Below are positions 12,931 through 25,594 of a stretch of 64,000 nt of DNA, piece after piece. The notes under the pieces are model-generated. The model was given only the letters and a program-made list of their open reading frames with translations. It had not been told where the DNA came from and ran no database searches. How positions within the stretch are numbered: the stretch's first letter is position 1; every line of letters begins with the position of its first letter. A program made the translations under genes and the position numbers. Source of the stretch: Octopus sinensis (taxonomy: Eukaryota); assembly GCF_006345805.1 (NCBI RefSeq), contig NC_042997.1, positions 103,850,001 through 103,914,000 on the forward strand. The letters are read 5' to 3'.

Positions 12931-13288
12931 AGGCGCAGGAGTGGCTGTATGGTAAGTGCTTGCTTCCCAATCACGTGGCACCGGGTTCTGTCCCACTGCG
13001 TGACAGCTTGGGCAAAGTATCTTCTACTGTAGCCTCGGGCCAACCAAAGCCTTGTTAGTGGATTTGGTAGACGAAAACTGAAAGAATCCCGTCGTGTATA
13101 TAGCTATATAACAGATAAAACTTGCTTGCTGTTAGTTTTTTTCCATTTGTGTCTTCCGTTGTTCGAAAGACATGTACTCGTGCTTCGTATTTTTTGTTGT
13201 ACACATTTCGTGACGTCCTGTGCCCACATATGCATATATATAAATATATACCTATAGATGTATGTATGTACATTTACATATATATATA

Positions 13289-13345
<57 letters not shown>

Positions 13346-13592
13346 TATATATATATTATTCATATTTTATATATATATATGCATATATATATATTATTCA
13401 TATTTTATATATATATATATGGATGTATGTGTGTATTTGTATCCCCCCCCCACCAGCGCTAGACAACTGATGTTGGTGTGTTTACGTCCTTGTAACCGAT
13501 AGGATAAGTACTAGGCATACAAAGAATAAGTCCTGACGGTGCTTTAGCATGGCCGCAGTCAAATGACTGAAACAAGTAAAAGAATAAAAGAA
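12931..13592 (+). mobile_element. SINE family A, split by an expanded internal microsatellite and a ~130-bp insert
   Basis: Head aggcgcaggagtggctg at 12931, 5' half to ~13098, 3' half 13430-13592 ending catggccgcagtcaaatgactgaaacaagtaaaaga. Confidence 0.9.
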
Positions 13593-14890
13593 TATATATA
13601 AATATACAAATATATATATATAATATAGATAAGTATGTATTCTTATGCAGGCGTGTGTGTGTATGTGAGTGTGTGTCTATTTATTCATGTGCTTGCAAGT
13701 GAATAAATAACAATTACACTGCTCACTCTAAGGGGTATTGTGCAAGAACAATACCACGAACAATATATTTTTTCATGTATACTTATTTTCTTAAAGATAC
13801 ACCTGATTTTCACCTTTGTAATTTTAACGGTAAAACTGAAAATGTGTACGGACGATACATTGATAGAGACATAATTACTGTTTGCTAACTCTTGTGACTT
13901 CAAGATCGAAACCAGTAACCGGAGCCTGTGTAGATCCTCTTATAGCTTCTCTTTTAAAACAAATATGTATGAAGTAATTTAGATTATTAGGCATGTATTT
14001 AGTGTAGTATAGATTCGTAAGTGTACTGAATAAAGATCGAATCTAGATTGGGAACTGTGGCTGAACAAATTTGACCACAGATCAGCTTGACTGGGGTATA
14101 CATATGACTAAATACTACAACATCAATGCAATTACATCAACAGTAACCGATGAGACATAGTTAAATGCTTAATATATCTGGTAATCGCTGAGCTAATACA
14201 TTTCACATTTAACTTCTTATATATTTAAATCAAATAAATGTGATTGGAATTATCCCAAATATCCATTAAATATCAATCTGTTATCCTTAGTGCATCGTTA
14301 TAGACTAAATTTTCTGATTGTGTAGGTACTTCAAGCTCTCTGGTATTTGTAGTTAGAGATGCCTGCTCTTCGAAACTGTGTGGGGATTACGATCAATTAT
14401 CCGTGAGAAAAACCTATTTTCCTTTTATGCTTTATAGTTGTCACACACCTTATCTATCTTGTATATTATAACGGTGTTGTTTTCCGTATTTATGTGTGGT
14501 AGAATTTACATTCTCTATAAGAAACTTATTTTTGTTTAAAGATAAATGCGTCTTTAATATTGTTGCTAATCATTATCTGCTGAATCCACTATTGTCCGTA
14601 GACGCAGCCGAAGATAAATACGATATTGTTCTATTGTTCATGGGCTTAGTATTTATCTTTCAACTTCCAGTGTTAAGCCGATGACGGTCAAATATCTCCT
14701 TGTACAGAATCCTCTTTTCTGACAAGATAGTAACCTCATTGCCGTCGGGTGAATATTTTGCCTTTTACAGAATTATCTGTCGTTTTTGCTGTCTAGACAG
14801 ATCGACATGATCAGGATGAATTGTGATGTATAGCTGTCACAACCTTATTTATCATAAAGTCAGTTGTTTCGTTATTTCTTTTAAATGCAG

Positions 14891-14943
14891 ATATAGAGTG
14901 TATCTAGAAGTGCATTTTCCAACAAGTCTTGCGAAGAAAGAAT
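14891..14943 (+). other. Candidate 53-nt exon
   Basis: Acceptor tttcgttatttcttttaaatgcag|, donor AAT|GTAAGT; one open frame (YRVYLEVHFPTSLAKKE). No homology recognised. Confidence 0.3.
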
Positions 14944-15207
14944 GTAAGTGTGATATGAGGGAAATTTGGCTATTTCCTAACAGATCAAACAAACACGATG
15001 AGCATCACTCGTTGGCTAGCTTTGTGTCTGATGTCTTTTAAATAGATAAAATGATGTAGTAGAATTCTGATCTCTGCCACAAAGATAACACGATTTTAAT
15101 AGAGCATTATAACACAATGTATTTTATAGTAGTATGCCATTACTGGTACGAAATCATTTATTCTATTAAGTCATCTAAACAAATCCAAATATTTTTCTCC
15201 TTTCTAG

Positions 15208-15540
15208 GAGGGAGGCTATCCTACTGGTTCGTATGAAGACTATCATCAGCGCACTCGTACCTCTGGCCAACAGATGTACTATTCTTTCACTCTGCCTTTA
15301 TTGCCGTCACTAGAGTGTCCTCGGATCCTCGGAGCTAGCTGGTTTCACGCCCCCTTTATTTTTATTTTTCTAAGTCATTCAACGCTCCTACTCTCATCAC
15401 CGAAATTATGCCCATACTACAACCTTATTACTAACCACGTCATCCTTTTTTTCTCCAAATGCTACACTCTGGAATTCCTTTCTACCAATCTTTTGTTCTG
15501 CAACCATCAAGTTACAGGAGAATATCAAGAATGGTGAACT
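15208..15540 (+). pseudogene. Old CR1/Jockey-like LINE ORF2 C-terminal remnant
   Basis: REAILLVRMKTIISALVPLANRCTILSLCLYCRH*..SELAG, then FFS....L(WN)S, resembling the post-RT C-terminal region of these LINEs; contains stops and frameshifts. Confidence 0.55.
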
Positions 15541-18404
15541 CTCCAATTTCGAAGAACAAGATAAACCTTTCCATTAGCCCCAAAGCTAATAATCAGAAAT
15601 ATCTGGTACTATCTGACTGAAAGATTTCCTGCTGTGAGAGTAGTTTACCATCTATTCTCATGTTAGTGCACTTTTGACATTTCTTTTGGTGCTGATTTCT
15701 TCGGGGGCTATAACACTCTTTACCCTGATACGCAGTATTACATAGTAAAATGCCATGAACTAATTTGCTTGGATTACACACGGGAAAATGTTTCTCCACC
15801 GTTCTAAAGATACTTTTCATTGAACTCTGTTAATTTATTGATGCAAATCTTGTCCTTTGTTTACTTCATTGTAAAGTTACCAATTTGAAGTGTTGATTGG
15901 ATGGCGTTTTTTAAATGCTTTCTTTGTGAGAAACTAGGGAGAGAGTGTTACAAAATCAGTTCTGTCGTTATTCAATATCCTGATCACCATCGTACAGTTT
16001 GGGCGGGGAATATTCCTTTAGATAGGCGACTAAGATTGATACGATATACATTGTTATTTCTCATTAACTTACATAAATTAGTTCCTCAAGTTTTCATCAC
16101 TGAACTCTGTAAATCATTCTCCAAAAGACTGAATATGCTAATATACTTCGTAAACATTAGGTGTTTCTAGCTCTTTAAAAGATTTGTAATTTGTGGATCA
16201 CTAAAGGATTTCTATTGTTAATTTGGATACATTATCATTTGAAGATATTTGCGCTCTACAAGACGCCATAGGAACTTTATTTCAGCATCATTTTTTCGTC
16301 GTCTTTAATTAGTGTAACGATATGAGAAAAATTACAATTCATCTCATCCTAGGCCCCTGACTGAAACTGTCAATACGCACTGACCATCGTTGGTTTGTTA
16401 AGTCATGATATTTGTGCATTTAGAACATTGAACGAATTCCAACACTAATATAATCTGGAGAAAAACTGTGTGTGAATGACAACATACTTGACTGAAGACA
16501 TAAATATCAGTAAATAAATAACATTTGGTTAAAGATACAGTGATTTTGGTAAACAGCGTGTTTGAAGTGAACAAGAAGTTTTGCTTGAAATTGCGGGTTA
16601 GCCTATACTCGACTTCATTGGTCTCTACAAAACATCAGATAAATATACAATTTTCCCTTTCTGTCTCTGATTGTGCAGTTAACAAGAAAGTGAATCAATG
16701 CTCCATAATTGTTCGAATGAAATTTTATTTTCGCTTACAAAGTTTTCGAAAACGGAAGGCAAACACCGGAATGCCATCATTAATATTTAATGGATTTGAT
16801 AAGATTTTGTATCTAAATTCTGGTCAAATCAAGAATATTTCATAATATTTGCGACCTGAGAGGTATTTTCCATATTTTTTTCTTTTCTATTGATAAGACG
16901 AACTGTTAAGTTTATCGTCCAGTACATTTACATCAAACTTAGAAATATAATTAAATAAAAATTCAATTCAAATAACAAATAATTTTTTATATATCAAACA
17001 CGAAAAAGAACAAACAATTACAAGATCTTCCATAAATTAATCTTTACATTACAAAACAGTAAGATTTAATCTGAAATCTAGATCTAAATATACCCTGGTA
17101 CCAAGATCTACCATAACACTGTGGTGCTGAATGTTGCAGAAGAGGCTTTAAAATACTGTTAGTCTCATGTAGGAAACAGATCAGTTATGGAAGGCGAGTT
17201 ATTGTGACCTAAGCAAATGGAACCAAACCTAATCCTAAAGGATAATAAATAAAAAAAATAAAGCATATCATAAGCAGATTGTTTATAGTACAAAATGAAA
17301 TATTTCATGCCTCTATTTTCGCACATAGCAAAGATGTTCAGTGTATTACAGATCCTTAAAGCGAATTCGATTAATCATAGAAAATAGCCGAATAAACTCT
17401 AACGTACACGAATAGATTAACTGACTATATCCCCTTTTAGGCATGAATAAATTCTAACGCATCAGTAGCGCTAAAAGACAAGGCCGACCTCGATGGAATA
17501 TGAACGTAGAACACTTTGTTTACAAGACTGTGACTAAACACTGTATAAAAATTTGTCTGAATCCTTAATGGTTCTGCCAGTCATCTTCCTACACTTATAT
17601 AATATTCCGATATATGTCAAATCAAATATAAACGAAACGGAGTATAAAGATGTTCATACATTGACCGCAAATAATGGATTTCTTTTCATTAGATTTCGGC
17701 AAAGGAAAGGAAAATCGACCTCACTGTTTTCAACTTACAAAGCTGTGACACCGAAGTAGATACACTGTAGCTCCCTATGAACTACGTTATAGTCTCCGTA
17801 ATCATCAACATCAATGGCTTGACATATTTGTATTTAGGACGATAGTTTCTGAAATATTTGCTTAGCTTTTATTTTTAAACATGCGTGTCATGTAATAATT
17901 CAGTGAGTGCAAGTCAGGTGTCTGTATTTAATTAACAATCGCACAGTGCAGAGGAAACTGCATAAGTTAGATCTTTCAAACTGCACCACACGATACAGGA
18001 ACGGCTCTTTTCAACGCTCAAGCTTTTGCTTTTACAGTTGCGTTCCAGCTGCGTTACTTTCAATGTTGCATCGTTTTCGTAATCACTTCAACTAAAGAAG
18101 AAATAAAACGGGGGTTGACAAACAAATAAGTAAAGTACGCAAGACCCAAATAAAGATTAGTGAAACCCAATACAGACACATTTATTTATCCCACAGTATG
18201 CGTGAAATGAAAGGCAACATTAAATTTAATTTATAGAAGATTACTAATATTTCGGGAATCAGGAATCGGAAGTACTTAAGTCATGTTGTTATTAAACATG
18301 GTTGAATTAACAGCGGAGGTTTATTTCCCTAAAATTGCATGTGTTGGTTACGTTGGCAAATTAAAATAACACAGACACACATGCAAAAATATATAAATAT
18401 AAAC

Positions 18405-18407
18405 ATG

Positions 18408-18439
<32 letters not shown>

Positions 18440-18478
18440 TGTATGTATGTATGTATTTATGTATGTAATGTATATATC

Positions 18479-18516
<38 letters not shown>

Positions 18517-18538
18517 GTATATATATATATATTTATTT

Positions 18539-18582
<44 letters not shown>

Positions 18583-18802
18583 TTATATTCTGATATTCGT
18601 TTATATGACTGCGACGTTAAAGGGCTTTTTTTAGTCGAACAAATTAACCCCAGCACTTATTTTTTGTAAGCCTTGTACTTATTCTATCGTTCTTTTGTGG
18701 TGAACCGCGAATTTACGGGAACGTAAACACACAAAATAGGTTGTCAAGCGGTGGTAGAATGGGAAGACATACACAGACGCAAAGACACACAGACACACAC
18801 AC

Positions 18803-18876
<74 letters not shown>

Positions 18877-18918
18877 ATGTGTATATGTATGTATGTATGT
18901 ATGATGTATCTGTATATG

Positions 18919-18951
<33 letters not shown>

Positions 18952-18996
18952 GTGTGTGTGTGTGTATATGTATGTATGTATGTATATATGTATTTA

Positions 18997-19081
<85 letters not shown>

Positions 19082-19125
19082 ATGTATGTGTGGTGTATAT
19101 ATGTATATGCATGTATGTATGTATA
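18405..19125. repeat. Microsatellite field with an embedded SINE-A 3' half (~18590-18760, minus strand)
   Basis: (GTAT)n/(TA)n/(TG)n; ttagtcgaacaaatt.accccag.acttatt and ggttgtcaagcggtgg match SINE-A. Confidence 0.85.
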
Positions 19126-19789
19126 GCAGGTCGCTCTTGGGCGCTGCTGGTAACATGCAACCTGATACAATCTGTTATATCGTCGGATCGTCGGCCACTA
19201 AAATAGCAACAGCATCAAGCTTGCTTGCGGAGGAGGGTGATACTTGGACACTCTGCAGGACGGAATATAGGACGTGTCAAATGGCAGAAGAGTCAACGGC
19301 TATTGAACAATATGTGTATGTATGGAAGTGCTTGGGTCGGTGTCCAGGCATACGGTTGGCCCACTAGGAGTGGGAGGCCCCTCTGTTGTCACTACATCTC
19401 TCTAGGAGGAGAAAGCTCCGAGAGAAAACCTGCGATATTGACAATATTCCATCATGTAGACTAGTTCTTCTTTTCGAGTTTATGTTGTCCATATTCAGAG
19501 AGTGGGATTTGGATTTGGGCAAATCCTTTCCCCGCTTTAAAAAAAAGTCATCATGCACAGGCATCGCTTGAATGAAGAAGTAAAACAATATTGCAAAGCA
19601 TCAATTACCAAGAGACTCGAGCTACGGACAGAAAATTTACACATACTCACGCACACATAGAGAGGGATGTAACTTTCGTTAAACATAGACGCATATAGAC
19701 TTGATTACTCCCAGTCACACACAGAGGGAATATTGGCCAAACCGCCTAGCATCACAACATCCAATAGCCTTGTTGATACTGTGTAACAA

Positions 19790-19832
<43 letters not shown>

Positions 19833-19847
19833 TATATATATATATAT

Positions 19848-20045
19848 AACGGGAAGGTTTACGAAAATAAACAAAAGACGAAGGCAGGTGGAGTACAAAC
19901 ACAACAATTGTATTAGTATGGCGCTCAGGAATAGAAATAGAACAATTCTTTTACGTTTCGAGCCTACGCTCTTCGACAGAAAGATACACAGAAAAGAAAC
20001 AAAGAGAGAAAAAAATGCGTGTAGGAGTTAACGGTCTATCACACA
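19848..20045 (-). mobile_element. Solo Neptune-like PLE terminal repeat (family B)
   Basis: Reverse complement matches 720-929 and 57900-58092; 3' end runs into (TA)n at 19790-19847. Confidence 0.88.
19947..19984 (-). ncRNA. Hammerhead variant, family B
   Basis: tcttt-CTGTCGA-A-GAGC gtag GCTC-GAAA-CG-TA-aaaga; perfect 5-bp stem I. Confidence 0.75.
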
Positions 20046-20063
20046 CACATACATATATATGTT

Positions 20064-20295
20064 AAGTAACTTACTTGCCAATCAACCACATGGTTCCAGG
20101 TTCAGTCCCTCTGCGTGACATCTTGTCGCTTGACAAATGATGCTGGTATGTTTACATCTCTGTAACCTAGCGGGTTCAGCATAAGAGGCCGTTAGAATAA
20201 GTATTAGGCTTACAAAGAATAAGCCCCGGGGTCGATTTGCTCGACTAAAGGCGGTGCTCCAGTGAAATGACTGAAACAAGTAAAACAGTAAAAGA
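20064..20295 (+). mobile_element. SINE family A, internally deleted
   Basis: Head fragment aaccacatggttccaggttcagtccc joined to 3' half gcttgacaa...ggggtcgatttgctcgactaaaggcggtgctccag. Confidence 0.88.
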
Positions 20296-20407
20296 AACGA
20301 ATAAAAAAATATCAGTGTTACACAGTATCAACCAGGCTACCAAACGTTGTGATACTAGGCGGGTATATATATATATATATAATTGTTACTAAAGTAACGG
20401 AGGGTGT

Positions 20408-20621
20408 TAGAAATAAGAATCAAAAGAACTCTTAGCTACGTGAGAGCATTTTTTTAACCCTCGGAAACAGAGTAATGGGTCACTGATGAAGATTGATTAA
20501 ATCTGAAATCAGCGCTGACATGACTCCATCGCGCTTGTCGTAAGGAAGGAGCCTGTGTCCTTTGTTAGCCTTTAGAAAAGTGCTCTCACGTGGCTATGAG
20601 TTATTTTGACTCTTATTTCTA
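20408..20621. repeat. ~46-bp inverted repeat (20408-20453 / 20576-20621) enclosing a hammerhead
   Basis: tagaaataagaatcaaaagaactcttagctacgtgagagcattttt versus the reverse complement tagaaataagagtcaaaataactcatagccacgtgagagcactttt. Confidence 0.9.
20477..20526 (+). ncRNA. Hammerhead motif, family D (stem III TCAGCGCTGA)
   Basis: gggtca-CTGATGA-AGATT gatta AATCT-GAAA-TCAGCGCTGA-CA-tgactc: canonical core, 5-bp stem II, 6-bp stem I; position 16.1 is C rather than U. Confidence 0.75.
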
Positions 20622-20728
20622 GCAATGCTGGTGCTTATTAGCACGCTACATCACCTTAGTCACAAATGTACCTATTACCTATCGGTTCTAAACTGCGAAC
20701 AGCCACCTTAATGATTTATATACGTATA

Positions 20729-20828
20729 CGACAGGGTGCTGCAAAGTTCCTGGCTTTGGGATAAAAGAACTCAGTGGTTCGGGCCTTCAACCAAGTCTTC
20801 TTAAAGCTAGGAACTTTTCATCATCCCC
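20729..20828. mobile_element. ~100-bp mariner-type MITE flanked by TA
   Basis: TA|cgacagggtgctgcaaagttcctggcttt ... aaagctaggaacttttcatcatcccc|TA, imperfect terminal inverted repeats. Confidence 0.75.
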
Positions 20829-20853
20829 TATGTGTGTGTGTCTGTGTGTGTGG

Positions 20854-20892
<39 letters not shown>

Positions 20893-21379
20893 GGTATGTA
20901 GAAACATACATGGAGTATAACTCTTAGAAACGATACAATAAACATGACAGGACATTCGAACCCCTCAGTCTTCAGTAACCGGATCATCGTATAATTTCGG
21001 CTGATTAATATATATATATATATCTATATATATATATATATATAATATATATATAATGTATCTATATATAGGTATATGTTGTGTGTATGTGTGTGTATGT
21101 ATGTGTGTGTGTGTATGTATGTATGTATGCATGTATGTATGTATGTATGTGTATTATATATATATACATATATATATATTTAAATGGATGAATGAATTAT
21201 CCTTTGTTTACCGTTAACATGGAAAATTCAATAAACTGTTACCAGGGTAGCAAAATTCACGCAAGTAACAAGGATGTGGCGACCTATTCAAAGGTAGAAA
21301 CTCCGGGTTAATGTGCAGTAATTTGTGTAGTATAAGTAAATAAATGGAGTTGAACGCAGATGCTATTCAAATTCTTTTA

Positions 21380-21462
21380 CTTTCGACATATGTTTCGATG
21401 ACAACATTGGTTTTATTCCAAAGAAATAAACGGTGTAAAATGCAATCTTCTCATCAAGAAAG
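21380..21462 (-). ncRNA. Hammerhead motif, family E (stem III ACATATGT), extended stem II
   Basis: ctttc-TTGATGA-GAAGATTGCATT(32 nt)AATGTTGTCATC-GAAA-CATATG-TC-gaaag; 5-bp stem I, GUC triplet, U3.G8. Confidence 0.65.
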
Positions 21463-22814
21463 AAAGAGAACCTATCTGAACAACAAGACATTATAACAAT
21501 TTTGATGACTGCATAAATGATAAACAGAACGCTATTAAGTATTTAAAAAAGAACCGTTTGTACATTCGACGTCAAAGGCAGACACTAGGAAGAGAAGGGG
21601 TAAAGAAAGAAATAGAGAACAAATAAAGAGGGATATATTGGTTGAAAAAATGTTCAAAGGCTTGGAAGTAGATTTCTATGTTGAAGTAATGTGCAAGTTG
21701 AACTAAATGTTCAAACTATAAAGACTGGTAAAATCACTTATATGAGCTAAATATAGTTCATATAAGTGATAATAATAATAATACAAGGAATATTCCCTTA
21801 TATCGCCTAATTAGTTGTCTACGATTACGAGGAGTAATTTTCAATATATGCAATAGTAATTTTGTGTAGTTTTCAACACAAGCGCTAATAATTTTGGGTG
21901 AGATGCGAAAGTATGTTCTTGTTGATGTAATGCAGTGAATGGCTTCATTTTCAGAATTTAACACCAAGCAGGGTATGCATCTGGTAAAACAACATTTAAA
22001 GAAGGTAAATTGCTTTTAAAATATTACCAAACAGTGACTGTAAACCGAAGCTATTAAAAGATTTTATTCGAATTTAATATCTTCTTTTCAACGTTTGTAA
22101 TATATTAATAAAATATTTAAATGTATGCTTCAAAAGGCATTCTAATATGTAAATATGTAGGTAATAACAATGTCTTTCCTCTGAAAATGTTACTGGCTTC
22201 AAGCCAGTTAAGTGTTAAGCTGTTGTATATTAAACAGAGTTCACAGTAGTAGCATGTGATAAACAAGCACATTAAAAGGTTCAGTGACATAATGTACATT
22301 CTCAGTAACTGAGACTATCGGAGTAATTTTACATATTTATGTTTCTCGACTTACTACATTTTGCTAACGATATGATTAGTATCCACCAAGTATTTTTGAC
22401 TTGAAATTGCTTGCTTATTTGTTGGCTGCTGCTCGACAGTCGAGTATCGATAGGTAGGCAAAATTTCTATGTCGTGTTAACTGTCGCTTTCTCCTTCTCT
22501 TGTTAGATTTAAACCGTAGCAAAATATTAAATTAAACTATTTAAGCGTGCTTATTGAGAGTTTCATTACCTTATCATTACTATAATCATTGATGCCATGC
22601 AAGACTGACACTTCGTTATTCCTTTATAATCTTACTCTTTTCATAACGTTATTTAAAATGTAAAGCCCATGTGTTCGCAAGTTCGGAATCGTGAAGTCTT
22701 CGGAGGCATTGAGATATTATCCACTTGGCCCAGAAAAATTCATTACAAAACAAGTGCGACTTTAAATAGTCGCAGTAAATACCAGAGAAATAGAAATAGC
22801 CATTTAAACGCCAG

Positions 22815-22965
22815 CACAATTGTAGCTGTGTGGTAAGAAGCTTGCTTCCCAAACTCAGTGTTTCGGGTTCAGTCCCATTGCGTGGCACGTTGGGCGAGTG
22901 CATTCTACTATAGCTTCGAGCTGACCAAAGCCTTGTGAGTGAATTTGAAACTGAAATAAGCCTGA
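22815..22965 (+). mobile_element. SINE family A 5' half
   Basis: gctgtgtggtaagaagcttgcttcccaa...gggttcagtcccattgcgtggcac...ccaaagccttgtgagtg. Confidence 0.88.
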
Positions 22966-23444
22966 AGAATATATATATATATATATATATATATATGACA
23001 GATGCATCTCCCATATGCATCTACCTATATATTATGTTATACTATATTGTATATGTAATATGCAATACAATATATTATATTATATTACATTATGTTGTGT
23101 TACACTGTATTATATTATACTATATTTTATGTAATATTTTCCAATCTACTATGTATTGTGAATAGCAGAATGCACACATTCCATTATTGGTATTATTAAT
23201 AATAATAATATTAATAGTTTTAGTAATGTAATACAATGAACTTTGGACTTTGTATATGTACCCTTTGATGTGGATATATATGTATATTCCAGTATATATA
23301 TCTGATTAACTGTAACCTTATGTGTATGTATATTATATATATATATGTATATTTATATACATATTCTTGTATATGTGTACTTTGTTTGATATTTATATTT
23401 GCATTTTATATCTTCATTTTATATCTTCATAATTGTACTTTATA

Positions 23445-23568
23445 ATTTCTGACAAGGCCTTGAGATATATATATATAACTCATTTCTAACTGCATATTAC
23501 CTCAATACATCTGACTAATATGGGCATAATGAGATACATTTATCTACAGGCTGAAACAGCTGTAAGAT
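23445..23568 (+). ncRNA. Hammerhead-like motif, family C, with ~95-nt stem II, core decayed (CTGACAA)
   Basis: attt-CTGACAA-GGCCTtgAGATA...TATCTacAGGCT-GAAA-CAGCTG-TA-agat; same GAAACAGCTGTAAGA as at 4307-4321. Confidence 0.5.
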
Positions 23569-24089
23569 CCATTTTATATGTATTATTTTTATAGTATTAT
23601 CTTACTTATTGATGTATATTGTTTTATTCTGTCTTATTCTGTTGGATTTGGATGTTCCTATTTAATGAATTAGTTAATAAATTATATGAATTGATATTAT
23701 CTGGAAGTTGATGATTGAAAGGAATCTATTCCTCCATTTTCTTATTTTGCCTATATATATACATATGTGTGTATGTGTGTGTGTGTATCTATGTGCGTGT
23801 CTCTTTAACAATATGTTTGTGCATCGTCCAAAATGCTTATCATATTTATATAGAACAATGCATTGCGACCTATAATTAAAATAAATAAATATCTTAAATA
23901 AACGCTTCAATATATATGTTCAAGACTGGATAATCAACATCATCACCACCAATACTAATGATTGGGGAAAGCCACAGGGCAACAAGATAAGAATACGTAC
24001 CACTACACAGTACATCGTTGAAACGAATCCCTTGCTCTATATTTCTCTCATTCTCTGCACACAGAAGTTCATTCACCGGTATGATAACC

Positions 24090-24230
24090 CTAATAACAAT
24101 GGTTTCAAATTTTGGCACAAGGCCAGCAATTTCGGAGGAGGGGTAAGTCGATTCCATCGATTCCAGTGCTCAACTGCTATTTATTTTGTCGACGCCGAAT
24201 GGATGAAAAGCAAAGTCAACCTCGGCGGAT
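24090..24230 (-). mobile_element. SINE family B fragment
   Basis: ggatgaaaagcaaagtcaacctcggcgga and aaattttggcacaaggccagcaattt. Confidence 0.8.
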
Positions 24231-24283
24231 AACCCTAATAATGATAATACTTATAAGCATAAGTATTCTTGTTATTAAAGAAG

Positions 24284-24480
24284 TCGGTGAACTGGCAGAA
24301 TAGTTAGCACGCAGGATGAAATGCTTCGCGTCATTTCTCCCGGCTTTACTTTCTGAGTTCAGTTTCGCCGACGCTAACTTTTCCTTTCATCCTTCCGGAA
24401 TCGATAAAATAAGTTGAGCACTGAGGTCGATGTAATCGACTTACTCTTCCCACTAAATTTCAGGCTCTGTGCCTATAACA
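24284..24480 (+). mobile_element. SINE family B, diverged
   Basis: ggtgaactggcagaatagttagcacg...ctgagttca...tttcatccttccggaatcgataaaataag...gaggtcgatgtaatcgactta. Confidence 0.85.
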
Positions 24481-24551
24481 GCAAATTTTACTATTATCAG
24501 TATTATAATATATAGAAATCTATCTCAACAGTGAACATAATATGAGACATT

Positions 24552-24689
24552 GGTGTGTTAGGAGTGGCTGTGTGGTAAGTAGCTTGCTTACCAGCCACAT
24601 GGTTCCGGGCAAGTGTCTTCTACTATAGCCTCGGGCCGACCAAAGCTTTGTGAGTGGATTTGGTAGACGGAAACTGAAAGAAGCCCGTC

Positions 24690-24726
<37 letters not shown>

Positions 24727-24935
24727 TGTGTGTGTATATGTTTGTGTGTCTGTGTTTGCCTCCCCAACATCGCTTGAAAACCGATGCTGGTGTGTTTACG
24801 TCCCCGTAAAAGAGACCGATTAAATAAGTACTAGGCTTACAAAGAATAAGTCCCAGGGTAGATTTGCTCGACTAAAGGCGGTGCTCCAGCATGGCCACAG
24901 TCAAGTGACTGAAGCAAGTAAAAGAGTAAGAGAGT
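24552..24935 (+). mobile_element. SINE family A, near full length
   Basis: High similarity to 53791-54205 with two small internal deletions. Confidence 0.93.
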
Positions 24936-25523
24936 ATTTAAAGAGTATTCGTCATCCTGTTATGGTTCACTCAAGGAAGCGTTACCACGGCAAATATATG
25001 CCCAACCAAACCTTCCAACATTTATATTTGCGAAGATACACAGACTCACATATTCTCGCATGAACAAATATAGATATAAATATGAAATAAATATGAATTA
25101 AATGTGAACAGTAACTTATGTTTTCTTAATTATATGATTTTAATTATGTATGGGTCTCTCTTAGGAAAGATGTTTATCAAATTTCCTTGTTATTATATTT
25201 ACAAGAGGAGCTAAGTAAAATAGTGTATAGTGAATATTAAAGGGACACAAAATACCTTAAAGGGAGTATAAAATAATGATCAACTTTATCAAGAAAATTG
25301 TTATTAGTATAAAGATAGCAAAAAAAGAAAGAAAAAAAGAAAACGACTAAATGATTGAGATCTCACGGATTACTTACTTCACTTTTCGCTTTCTTTCCTT
25401 TGACAAGCTAAAGACTTGGTTGATAAAACGAGCTAAACTCATTCTCGCTAATATACTCACATGTTTGCACACAATCAGACATATACATACATACATACAT
25501 ACATACATACATACATACATACA

Positions 25524-25559
<36 letters not shown>

Positions 25560-25563
25560 TACA

Positions 25564-25594
<31 letters not shown>

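Noticed and set aside
19364-19588. Minus-strand exon/ORF MPVHDDFFLKRGK...RRTSLHDG
   Set aside because: Good acceptor but no acceptable donor and no recognisable homology; left uncalled.
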